Shown one piece after another: positions 28,433-37,932 of a DNA stretch of 64,000 bases. The position numbers and the translations under genes are program-made. The notes beneath the pieces are model-generated. The model was not told where the DNA came from, made no database searches, and worked only from the letters and a program-made list of their open reading frames with translations. The stretch lies in assembly GCA_041674805.1 (NCBI GenBank), contig JBAYVA010000003.1:91029-155028 (forward strand). The letters run 5' to 3'. The stretch comes from Candidatus Magasanikiibacteriota bacterium. Lineage in GTDB: Bacteria > Patescibacteriota > Patescibacteriia > Magasanikbacterales > UBA922. Within the stretch, counting starts at the first letter, position 1; each line of letters starts with the position of its first letter.

Positions 28433-29343
28433 TATTTTATTTTGTAATTGATAGTTATATTCAATTTTACTGTCTCAGTACCAGTTTCAATAGTAGGACC
28501 AGCACCAACAGATGATTCTAACATTGCCTTATCATAATACATACCTTCATATTCACCAGGAACATATTCACTATAACTCAAGATTGTTTCTAAGTTTATA
28601 CCCAACATTTGAGACAATTGAGCTGCTTTTACTTTGGCATCCTTGATAGCTTTTTGTCTAGCTTCTGCAATATATACTTCTTTATCATCAATACTTTGAG
28701 TTACACCACCAATAGTATTTAGACCCACTTCAGAAGATAAAGCTACAACTTTACTAGCCAAACTAACATTATTACGAACTTTGACAGTTACACTTTGATT
28801 TATACTATAACCTGACAAACTACTTGTACCATCAGTAGCATAGTTATATTCAGGATACATACTTTGAGATTCTGTCTTAATATCTGCTTCTGGGATACCC
28901 AAAGCTTTTACTTTTGTTACAAAGTCAGCTATTAATTTATCATTTTTTTCCATAGCTTCTTGTGAAGTTGCTGCTTTGATAGCAGTACCCACTACTACAG
29001 TACTCACATTTGGTTTTACTTCTACACTACCTTCACCTGTAACTGAAATTTGTTTATCATACAGTTGTCTATCTGCTACACCAATATAATCATATTTTTT
29101 TATTTCATTGCGAATGAGAGTTCCAATGAAAATAATCAAATACACAATTAAAATACCAACGAAAGTCATAATCAACTTTCTACCAAAATGACAACTATGC
29201 TCTTTGCAATGTTTCATCATACCAAAATGACCACCACGACAACAATCGTGTTTTTCTGTTGGCATAGAATCCATAGCAGGCATGTCAGTCATCGAACTTA
29301 AAGTTTTACTACCAGAAGTAGTTTCTGTTTTCTTGACAGGCAT
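28432..29343 (-). CDS. SIMPL-domain (DUF541) membrane-anchored protein with a Cys/His-rich N-terminus
   Basis: N-terminal HDCCRGGHFGMMKHCKEHSCHFG, one TM helix, then a SIMPL-like domain ending TIETGTETVKLNITINYKI. Confidence 0.55.
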   Translation of the reverse strand: MPVKKTETTSGSKTLSSMTDMPAMDSMPTEKHDCCRGGHFGMMKHCKEHSCHFGRKLIMTFVGILIVYLIIFIGTLIRNEIKKYDYIGVADRQLYDKQISVTGEGSVEVKPNVSTVVVGTAIKAATSQEAMEKNDKLIADFVTKVKALGIPEADIKTESQSMYPEYNYATDGTSSLSGYSINQSVTVKVRNNVSLASKVVALSSEVGLNTIGGVTQSIDDKEVYIAEARQKAIKDAKVKAAQLSQMLGINLETILSYSEYVPGEYEGMYYDKAMLESSVGAGPTIETGTETVKLNITINYKIK

Positions 29344-29510
29344 AAATTTTAAATTAAATTATTTATATGAATTTATTATAACACAAATTTATATTTTGCA
29401 CAAAATGTAAATTGATAATTGTGTATATTTTTTTATAAACAAAAAAATAAAATAATAAACTATACATAATTACTTGCAACAAACAATCTTTTTTGTATAT
29501 AATGTAAATA

Positions 29511-30128
29511 TTGTACATAGTAAATCTAAAACTCTTTAATTTTATGCAATTTAAACATGACTTAGTCGATAAAACAGATGCTTTTGTAAAAAAAGCTTTT
29601 CAAGATAACCCTCACTACAGTTTTAATCACTGGTCAGTAATGTATAACCATAGTGTTAATGTTCAAAATTTATCTATGAAAATAGCTAATGATATTAAGT
29701 GCAATGAACTAGTAACCTCAATTGCTGCATTACTTCATGATATCGGCAAAATATATCATGCTGATCAAAAGACACTTCACAAAACCCACGAAAGTTTTAA
29801 CTTAATAGTCACTAAAGATTTTTTAGATAATCTTGGATTAACAAGTACTGAATTGAAACAAGTTCGTGATTTAATTTCATATAATAGCGATTCTACTGAA
29901 ATGAAAATAATAAAAGATGCAGATGCTTTGGCTATGTGCTTTGATAAAAAACTATATATGTTATGGATAGAGTGGGCTATCAAAAACGGATTTACTAGTG
30001 ATATACAACGTAAACTAAATAAATATAATAACTTATATTTTGATATCAGCCGACGTTTAGCAGAACCAAATTTAATCAAAATGAAAAACGATTGGGATAA
30101 ATACCAACAAAAAATAAAAAAAACTTAA
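29511..30128 (+). CDS. HD-domain phosphohydrolase
   Basis: HD motif AALLHDIGKIYH and a downstream D. Confidence 0.6.
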   Translation: MYIVNLKLFNFMQFKHDLVDKTDAFVKKAFQDNPHYSFNHWSVMYNHSVNVQNLSMKIANDIKCNELVTSIAALLHDIGKIYHADQKTLHKTHESFNLIVTKDFLDNLGLTSTELKQVRDLISYNSDSTEMKIIKDADALAMCFDKKLYMLWIEWAIKNGFTSDIQRKLNKYNNLYFDISRRLAEPNLIKMKNDWDKYQQKIKKT

Positions 30129-30175
30129 TATTTATCACAAATAATATATTTATAAGCGGTTAAATAACTTCCTAT

Positions 30176-30709
30176 ATGAAATACATTGCTCTCCTCCGTG
30201 GCATCAATGTCGGCGGTAACCACAAAGTAGAAATGAAAAAACTCAAAATCTTATTTGAATTATTAAGCTACACAAACATTTACACTTATATCAATTCTGG
30301 AAATATTATATTTGAAACAACAGACAAAAAAAATGATGTACTAAAAAAAATAGAAAAATGTCTAAAAAAAGAATTTACTTTTGAAATACCCCTTATTATC
30401 AAAACCGAAAAAGAAATAAAAAAAATAGCGCAGACAATACCAGAAAATTGGCAAAATGATAGTACCCAAAAAACTGATGTTGCTTATTTATTTCCAGAAT
30501 CTGACAACAAAAAAATAATTGATGAATTACCAATCAAAAAAGAATTCCTAGACATTCGTTATGTAAAAGGTGCTATCTTTTGGAATGTAAAGAGAGCTAA
30601 TTATAACAAAAGCCAGCTAAACAAAATAATCAACCACAAATCTTATAAGCTCATGACTATAAGAAATGTTAATACTGCTAGATATTTAGCAGGTATTAAT
30701 AAAAAATGA
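30176..30709 (+). CDS. DUF1697-family protein
   Basis: MKYIALLRGINVGGNHKV N-terminal signature. Confidence 0.6.
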   Translation: MKYIALLRGINVGGNHKVEMKKLKILFELLSYTNIYTYINSGNIIFETTDKKNDVLKKIEKCLKKEFTFEIPLIIKTEKEIKKIAQTIPENWQNDSTQKTDVAYLFPESDNKKIIDELPIKKEFLDIRYVKGAIFWNVKRANYNKSQLNKIINHKSYKLMTIRNVNTARYLAGINKK

Positions 30710-30865
30710 AAAAGTTTTACAAAATTTAGTTGTAATTTTAATTCATAAACTTAATTTATCGAAAAAATAATAAAATAATTTAACAATTATTTTAAGGAGT
30801 TCTTTATTAACAAACATTAGAAGTAATACAAAATATTTTGCAAGAACAAAAATAAAGTTAATAAA

Positions 30866-30900
30866 TAAAAAAATCGTCTTCTAGAAGACGATTTTTTATT
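30866..30900. terminator. Bidirectional intrinsic terminator between convergent genes
   Basis: Perfect palindrome aatcgtcttctagaagacgatt flanked by A-run and T-run. Confidence 0.7.
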
Positions 30901-30922
30901 TTCAAATTACTTATTCTGCTGT

Positions 30923-32797
30923 TTACACTTCAATAATCACTGGCAAAATCATTGGACGTTTTTCAGTCTTACTCAAAACAAATTGTCCTATTTTATCTCT
31001 GATATCGTTTCTAATTTGATTGGTATCAGCCCAAGTTTTTGGATCTGATTTGATAACCAATAGTTTTACTTTTGATCTAATATCTTCTATCAAATCTTTG
31101 TTATTTTTTAGGAAAACAAAACCACGAGAAATAATATCTGGATTTTGAATCAAAGTGCCTGTCTTAGAATCAATAGTAGCTATGACTACCAACATGCCGT
31201 CAGCGGCCAAAACTTGTCTGTCACGCAATACTATATGTTGACTATCACTTACTTCTAGACCATCCACAAAAACATAATCACTTGGCGCTTTTTCTTCCAA
31301 TACTACAGCTTTTTCTTTGTTTACTTCTATGATACTACCGTTGTCTGGCACAAAAACATTTTCTTTTTTGAAACCATTTTTGACAGCCAATTGTTCAGCT
31401 TCACGCAAAAAATAATAATTGGCATAAACTGGAATAAAATAAGTTGGTTTGATTTGATCAAGCATCGTCAAAATATCTTCACGTGTAGCATGACCACTAA
31501 CATGAACATCCATGATTTCACCATGAATAACATTATCACATTGACGATAAATATTATCTTTCAATTGTTGGATACTCCTTTCATTTCCAGGGATGATAGA
31601 TGAAGAAAAAACAACTGTATCATTTTTCTTTAATTGTATAAAACGATGTTGTTTGCTGACAATACGCATCAGGACAGCATTCTTTTCACCTTGAGCACCC
31701 GTACAAATAACTACGACTTTATTTTCTGGATATCTATCCACGTCTTTGACATCTATCAAAACACTTTGGGCAGATTTGATATAACCAAGTTCTTGAGCGA
31801 CTTTGACGTTCATTTTCATACTATAACCATCTAGTGCTACTTTTTTACCAAGTTTTTCAGCTGATTCAATTACCCATTTGATACGTTCTAATTGAGAAGA
31901 AAAAGTACCAATAATTACTCTACCCGGAGCTTTATCCAAAATATTTAATAAATTTTTGTATATTTCTTCATAAATACCATGTCTTTTGTCATTCAAGGCA
32001 CCCAAACTTTCTAACATCAAAACTGTAGGTTTTGGTAAGTTACTCAAATGATCATAATTGATGTGTGTAATACCATTTATATCTCTAGCCAAAGTCCAAT
32101 CACCTGGATGAATCACTGTGCCATTTGGTGTTTCAATGATTACACCAACAGCATCCATAATAGAATGTTCTACTTGAAAAAATTTGATAGTAAATTTACC
32201 AAGTTTTACAACATCTGTCAGATTGTTGATTCTAATTGTACGCAATTTATTAGCAGTACCTTTTTTGTAATCATCTTGCTTATGTTTGATAAGTGCCAAA
32301 GTCAAATCTTTGCCAACTATCACAGGATTACCCAATTGTTCCAAAAGGATTGGAGCAGCGCCAATATGATCCAAATGACCATGAGAAAATACTACACCAC
32401 GAATATTTTTTATTTTTTTCTCTAAATATCTAGCATTAGGAATAATATAATCAATACCAGGCATATCTTCTTCTGGAAATTGGATACCCATATCCAAAAT
32501 CACAATATCATCTTCATATTCAAAAATTGTCATATTACGACCTACTTCTTCACAACCACCAATAGGTATAATACGTAAATTTTTTGAATTATTTTTCAAA
32601 GCCACAATAGGACTTGGTCTTGAAGAAGGACGTCTTTGCAAATTTTTTTGTTTACTATTACTACCACTATTGAGAGAAACTGATTGTGTTTTTCCATTTT
32701 TATGAAAAAATCTTTTTGGTTTAAGTGTTTTTTGGTTACCTGTCACTTCCTCAGGAGTATTTTTTCTGTTTACAACAGAAACATTTTTTCTTATCAT
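30923..32797 (-). CDS. rnj: Ribonuclease J (metallo-beta-lactamase / beta-CASP) with a low-complexity N-terminal extension
   Basis: HGHLDHIGA motif and beta-CASP region. About 70 aa of S/N/K/P-rich N-terminus. Confidence 0.85.
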   Translation of the reverse strand: MIRKNVSVVNRKNTPEEVTGNQKTLKPKRFFHKNGKTQSVSLNSGSNSKQKNLQRRPSSRPSPIVALKNNSKNLRIIPIGGCEEVGRNMTIFEYEDDIVILDMGIQFPEEDMPGIDYIIPNARYLEKKIKNIRGVVFSHGHLDHIGAAPILLEQLGNPVIVGKDLTLALIKHKQDDYKKGTANKLRTIRINNLTDVVKLGKFTIKFFQVEHSIMDAVGVIIETPNGTVIHPGDWTLARDINGITHINYDHLSNLPKPTVLMLESLGALNDKRHGIYEEIYKNLLNILDKAPGRVIIGTFSSQLERIKWVIESAEKLGKKVALDGYSMKMNVKVAQELGYIKSAQSVLIDVKDVDRYPENKVVVICTGAQGEKNAVLMRIVSKQHRFIQLKKNDTVVFSSSIIPGNERSIQQLKDNIYRQCDNVIHGEIMDVHVSGHATREDILTMLDQIKPTYFIPVYANYYFLREAEQLAVKNGFKKENVFVPDNGSIIEVNKEKAVVLEEKAPSDYVFVDGLEVSDSQHIVLRDRQVLAADGMLVVIATIDSKTGTLIQNPDIISRGFVFLKNNKDLIEDIRSKVKLLVIKSDPKTWADTNQIRNDIRDKIGQFVLSKTEKRPMILPVIIEV

Positions 32798-33213
32798 AAC
32801 TATAATTTAATTCGCCCCCATCCAATAGACAGGTTGACGAGAGAAAATAATTTCATTCCAACTAAGTTTGAATTTATTCTCACATCCGATTTCCCAATAA
32901 ATAGGGAAAACAAGATTGTTGATTTAATAAATATATATTTCAAAATTTTGAAATATACTTAATCCACATTTTAATATAATTATTAATGTGGATTTTTTGT
33001 TGATAAAAATATCAACCCATACACTCTAAAAAACATCAATTAATTTTGTTACGTTAATATGAAGAAGACTAAAAACGTAAAATAAAAATCAATTAATAAA
33101 TTTATTTTTTAAAGAAAAAATAAATTGTTGAAACAAATTATTGTTTCAAAATAGAATACATATAAAACGAAACAAATTATTGTTTTACGTCAAATCTGTA
33201 TTCTATCAAAAAA

Positions 33214-35256
33214 TTATTTATTGAAATTCCAATTTTTTTTGGTTTTAATATACCACTCATTTACATTTGAAAATCTATCAGCTGGATGAGAAATATTACT
33301 CACATCAAAACCTTTTACAAAATTAGATAAAGCATAAGTATATGTTGGCAAAAATAAAAATGTAGCAGGAGTATCTTCCAAAATTATTTTTTGTAAATCA
33401 CTATACAAAGTATTCAATTCAGAATCTTCTTTGGTTGTTCTAATTTTTTCAAGCAATTCATCTACACTTCTTTTTTCATAATAAGACAAATTCAAACCAG
33501 GATAATCTACTTGTTTTGAATGCCAAAAAGGATATTGATCAGGATCATTGCCCACAATCACACCATACAACAAAATGTCATAATTATGTGTTTTCAAAAC
33601 AGAACGAACAAACTCTTTTGAATCTACCAAACTAACTTTTGTTTTTATACCAATATCTTGATAATAACCAGCAATAAGTTCGGCAATTTTAGTATATTCA
33701 GGAGTTGAAGCTGTGACCAAATTCAATTCCAAAATTTTTGTTTTGTCATTTTTGTCAATTGTTCTATAAAATAATTGAGCTTCATCTAAAGTATTTTCTA
33801 CTTCAATTTTTATATTATTTTTTATTTCTTCAATATTAAGAGTAGTAGTTGTACTAGTAGAAATACCATTATCAGTACTAGAAGTAGTTTCATTTTCTTT
33901 TTTTACTTGTTCTTCATACTCTTTTACTTTTTTTTCTATCAACAAATTTTTGAAATCTTCAGCTGATATCCTTTCATAATTTTTATCCAATAATTTGTTT
34001 GCTTCTTCAAAAGAAAATTTTGTGCCTTCTAAATTTGCATCAAATCCAGGGAAACCCTCTAATATCGGACCATTGATCAATTCAGCTTCATTTTGCAAAA
34101 TATCATTAACAATTCTATTTCTATCTACCGCTTGAGCCAAAGCAAAACGAAAATCTTTTTCATCCAAAAAGTCTCTTTGCATGTTATAAAAAAGAGCTGT
34201 ATATTGTGGAAGTTTCAAAGTATGCAAATCAATATTTTTACGTTTTACTTTTTCCAAATATTCAAATGGTACAAAATTTATACCATCAATTTTTTTTTCA
34301 CGTAATGCTGTGACTAGACCTTCAGGGCCATCATAATCATTGTAAAAAATAAAAGAAAATGTTTTGATATAAGCTGATTGTCCATAAAATTCTTCAAATC
34401 TTTCCAAAACTATTTTGTTGATAGTACCTGTTGAATCTTTCATTATTTTTTTGAAAACAAAAGGACCTGTACCTATTGGTTGCAAATTTTTTTGAGCAAG
34501 TTTTATTTTATCAGAGGAAATTTCTGACCAAAAATGTTTTGGCAAAATACCAACAGTTAAAGTAGACAAAAAAGAAGGAAAAGCTTCATTCAAAGTAAAT
34601 TTGAGAGTATTTTCATCTATTTTTTCTATTTTAACATTTTCAAAACTAACTTTTAGGGGTGAGTTTACCAAACTATCTTGAATAGATTCAAAAGTAAAGA
34701 TAACATCATCTATAGTGAATGGGGTTTTATCATGCCAAAAAACTCCTTGCCTAATCTTAAAAGTATAAACTTTTTTATCTTCACTCACTTCAAAACTACT
34801 AGCCAAATCAGTCACCAAATTACGATTTTTGTCATAACGCATCAGACCAGTATAAACCATACTTACCAAATCTTGATCTACTTCATTCAATCCTGAAAAC
34901 AAAGGATTGATCAATTGTGGTGAGCCTAAGACACCTTCAACATAATCTCCACCAACAGCTGATACTTCTACACGATATTTATCAAAAACTACATTTAATG
35001 ACCAAACAGAACTAAAAATAAAAACTGAAATTGCTGAAAAAAATAATATTTTTTCAAAAACAGACAAAACTTTAGTTATATTAAAAAACTGACGTAAAGA
35101 AGGAAAACTACTTTTACGCATTTTCTTCATAAGTAATATATCGTTTTGTTGTAAACGATCTGAATTTTTGCGAAACTTCAATATTTTTTTAAAAAAATTT
35201 GAAGTTTTTTGTAATAATGAAGACACAATAATAAAGATAACAAATTTAAGTGACAA
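33214..35256 (-). CDS. ABC-type substrate-binding protein, family 5 (peptide/nickel type), orphan
   Basis: ALAQAVDRNRIVNDILQNEAELINGP and overall SBP_bac_5 architecture. N-terminal hydrophobic anchor. No permease or ATPase adjacent. Confidence 0.65.
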   Translation of the reverse strand: MSLKFVIFIIVSSLLQKTSNFFKKILKFRKNSDRLQQNDILLMKKMRKSSFPSLRQFFNITKVLSVFEKILFFSAISVFIFSSVWSLNVVFDKYRVEVSAVGGDYVEGVLGSPQLINPLFSGLNEVDQDLVSMVYTGLMRYDKNRNLVTDLASSFEVSEDKKVYTFKIRQGVFWHDKTPFTIDDVIFTFESIQDSLVNSPLKVSFENVKIEKIDENTLKFTLNEAFPSFLSTLTVGILPKHFWSEISSDKIKLAQKNLQPIGTGPFVFKKIMKDSTGTINKIVLERFEEFYGQSAYIKTFSFIFYNDYDGPEGLVTALREKKIDGINFVPFEYLEKVKRKNIDLHTLKLPQYTALFYNMQRDFLDEKDFRFALAQAVDRNRIVNDILQNEAELINGPILEGFPGFDANLEGTKFSFEEANKLLDKNYERISAEDFKNLLIEKKVKEYEEQVKKENETTSSTDNGISTSTTTTLNIEEIKNNIKIEVENTLDEAQLFYRTIDKNDKTKILELNLVTASTPEYTKIAELIAGYYQDIGIKTKVSLVDSKEFVRSVLKTHNYDILLYGVIVGNDPDQYPFWHSKQVDYPGLNLSYYEKRSVDELLEKIRTTKEDSELNTLYSDLQKIILEDTPATFLFLPTYTYALSNFVKGFDVSNISHPADRFSNVNEWYIKTKKNWNFNK

Positions 35257-35297
35257 ATAATTTTGACACCACCAAACTTGAAGATAAGTATTTACCT

Positions 35298-35519
35298 TTA
35301 AACTACTATAAGATTAGCAATAGCTAAGATAAAAAACAAAATAGAGATGACAATTGTAGCTTGATATAATACTTTATCCAAACCACGTCTGGTAGTATAT
35401 ACTGTTCCAGAACCACCAAAAGCTGAACCCAAACCAGATCCTTTTTGTTGTAATAAAATGACTAGAATAAGCAATACAGCTAAAACAATTTGTACTATAT
35501 TTAGAATTTGGTTAATCAT
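35298..35519 (-). CDS. secG: Preprotein translocase subunit SecG
   Basis: 73 aa. LLQQKGSGLGSAFGGSG signature between two TM helices. Confidence 0.8.
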   Translation of the reverse strand: MINQILNIVQIVLAVLLILVILLQQKGSGLGSAFGGSGTVYTTRRGLDKVLYQATIVISILFFILAIANLIVV

Positions 35520-35678
35520 ACATTTTCTTAGATATTTTAATTATACAATAAATTTAATTAAAAGCAAGTTTAGTAGACTAAGTCTAACAAAATAAGACCT
35601 TTTTGTCAATGACCGCCAATCTACACTAATTATATAAAAAAAATTGCCGTTTGTTAGTATCAAGATTAGTTTTCTCTG

Positions 35679-35705
35679 TTGACAAAACGAAAAATATGTT
35701 ATAAT
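35679..35705 (+). promoter_or_regulatory. Promoter for the DsbA-like gene
   Basis: TTGACA, a 15-nt spacer, then TGtTATAAT (extended -10). About 28 nt upstream of the ATG. Confidence 0.45.
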
Positions 35706-35733
35706 ATGAGCACCATTTATTTAAAATTATTTT

Positions 35734-36459
35734 ATGCTACAAAAATCTAGGTTTTGGAAATACTTATTTGTTTCCATTTCAGTTTTGTTAGGTGCTATTT
35801 TGCTAATTATTTTAATATTTTTTATCTACTATTCCATCAAATTGAAATATGGTGATAATGAAGATATTCAAAATATAGCCAAACAATACGAAAATAATTT
35901 TAGTTCCGCTGTTGACAAAAATGCTCCTCAAGATATAAAAGATTACAATAAACTAATACAAGACTACAACCCAAGCGAAGGAGAAAAAAATGCCAAAGTA
36001 ACTATTTTGGCTTTTATAGATTTTGAATGCCCTTATTGTCAACAAAATTACGAAACTTTCAAATATATCAAAGAAAAATACAAACCAGTTTTAAGGGTTG
36101 TTTTCAAACATTTACCTTTGACTGACTTACACCCAAACGCAGTTTCTTCTGCTTTGGCAAGTACTTGTGCACAAGAACAAGACAAATTTTGGGAATACTA
36201 CACAGCTCTTTTTGAAAACAAAAAATTTGACAATGAATCACTATATCTTTATGCTCAAAATATTGGCTTAAATACAACAAAATTTGACGTTTGTTTCAAA
36301 TCTGAAAAATATTTAATTAATATAGAAAAAGATATAGCTGATGCTGTAAATATAGGACTAAGAGGAACTCCATCTTACGTACTAAACGGACAAATTTTAG
36401 AAGGTAGTATTGAACAAACAGATTGGGACAAATATATTATTCAACATTTAAACAAATAA
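35734..36459 (+). CDS. DsbA-family thiol:disulfide oxidoreductase
   Basis: N-terminal TM anchor. Thioredoxin-fold CPYC active site (FIDFECPYCQQ). Confidence 0.8.
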   Translation: MLQKSRFWKYLFVSISVLLGAILLIILIFFIYYSIKLKYGDNEDIQNIAKQYENNFSSAVDKNAPQDIKDYNKLIQDYNPSEGEKNAKVTILAFIDFECPYCQQNYETFKYIKEKYKPVLRVVFKHLPLTDLHPNAVSSALASTCAQEQDKFWEYYTALFENKKFDNESLYLYAQNIGLNTTKFDVCFKSEKYLINIEKDIADAVNIGLRGTPSYVLNGQILEGSIEQTDWDKYIIQHLNK

Positions 36460-36463
36460 AAAT

Positions 36464-37918
36464 ATGAAAAAACTATTTTTACTTTTAATGTTTGGTTTTT
36501 TATTTTTTCCAAACACCTCCCAAGCTTTTGACCAAAGATGTTGGGTAAAAGAAGACTGTGACAATTACCGTGCTTCTTTTGGTAACGTAGAAGCAGAAGA
36601 AGGTTTTTATAGTGCTGCCAAAAATTCTGATGCCAAAAGTATTTGTAAAACTAATGAAAATGGTAAAGATGTCTTAGGTAGAGACATTGGATTATGTCTA
36701 CCTGTTGGCAAAAGTGTTACCAATATAAGTTTTGGAGGCAGAAATGAATTCACTAATATTGGTGATTTTTTAAAATTCTTTTATCAATATGGTTTTGTAG
36801 TAGCCTCTGTCGTAGCTGTAATAATCATCATCGTATCTGGCATCATGTACATTTATTCTGGTGGCAATTCAGATACAGTCGGACAAGCTAAGAAAAAAAT
36901 TTTTGGAGCGGTCATCGGACTAGTTTTATTGGCTTTTGCCTATACTCTCTTAAATAATATCAATCCTTATTTAGTAAACTTACGTATGCCTGGTATTTGG
37001 GCTATAAATACTATGGGTATAGCTCCAGCAAGATGTGAACAATTGGACAAAAATTTAAAAGTTGGTTTAGCAACAACACCCACAACAGCTGTTCCTTATG
37101 ATCAAACAACATGGTTTTTACCAAGTAACACAACGCCTACAATTTGTGGTAATGACTACTATGTAGATAAAACAAATGGACAATTTTGTGAAGGAAATGC
37201 TTGTACACAAAAAAATTACTTATGTTTTAAAGGAATTAATGATCAATTAAGTTCATGCCAAACTGGTAAAATACTAGGACAAGTTTATTCTACTAGTATT
37301 CTAGATAATGCTTTTGGTCAAAAAGGAGGTTTAAATAGTTTAGCTATAGATGTTTTTTTTGATTATTGGGGTTGGATATGGTCAGATGATGTTGAAGTAT
37401 GGATAATGTGTGGGGAAAAACAAACTAATGGATCTGTGACAGGTGAAAAAAATGTAGAAAGAAATGGTATTGATGATGACGATGGTATTGAGATAAATAT
37501 AGATGAAGTAAAAAAAAGACAACAATTTATTTTAAACTATAACGAAACTCAATTAAATGATTTAATTAATGAATGTGACGATCAAAAATATTTAGGATTT
37601 GCTATAGGATTTAATTTAAATACAGCAGCAAATGGAACAGATGTACAACACCTAATAGGATTAGACGAAAACAAAAATCCTATTGATTTATGTGATATGC
37701 CAGATAAAGGAGTTGGTGGAAATTGGGATGAAACTTTTTGTGAAAATCTAGCACATACAATCAAACCTGGTATACCAAAAGAATACTGGATTACAAAAGA
37801 ACAAATGATGGAAGGATTTGTAATGAATCTAGATGTATCAAAAATACCTTCAATATCTACAGATGAAACAAAAAGAGAAAGAGCTTATGCTAAATGGGGA
37901 TACAAAGCACCAAAATAA
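36464..37918 (+). CDS. Secreted/membrane Cys-rich hypothetical protein with a pilin-like double-TM hairpin
   Basis: Signal peptide ([21 protein letters not shown]). Two adjacent hydrophobic helices separated by [13 protein letters not shown], which is VirB2/TrbC-like topology. Then about 300 aa with more than 15 Cys and acidic patches. Confidence 0.35.
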   Translation: MKKLFLLLMFGFLFFPNTSQAFDQRCWVKEDCDNYRASFGNVEAEEGFYSAAKNSDAKSICKTNENGKDVLGRDIGLCLPVGKSVTNISFGGRNEFTNIGDFLKFFYQYGFVVASVVAVIIIIVSGIMYIYSGGNSDTVGQAKKKIFGAVIGLVLLAFAYTLLNNINPYLVNLRMPGIWAINTMGIAPARCEQLDKNLKVGLATTPTTAVPYDQTTWFLPSNTTPTICGNDYYVDKTNGQFCEGNACTQKNYLCFKGINDQLSSCQTGKILGQVYSTSILDNAFGQKGGLNSLAIDVFFDYWGWIWSDDVEVWIMCGEKQTNGSVTGEKNVERNGIDDDDGIEINIDEVKKRQQFILNYNETQLNDLINECDDQKYLGFAIGFNLNTAANGTDVQHLIGLDENKNPIDLCDMPDKGVGGNWDETFCENLAHTIKPGIPKEYWITKEQMMEGFVMNLDVSKIPSISTDETKRERAYAKWGYKAPK

Positions 37919-37932
37919 AAATTAAAACAAAT

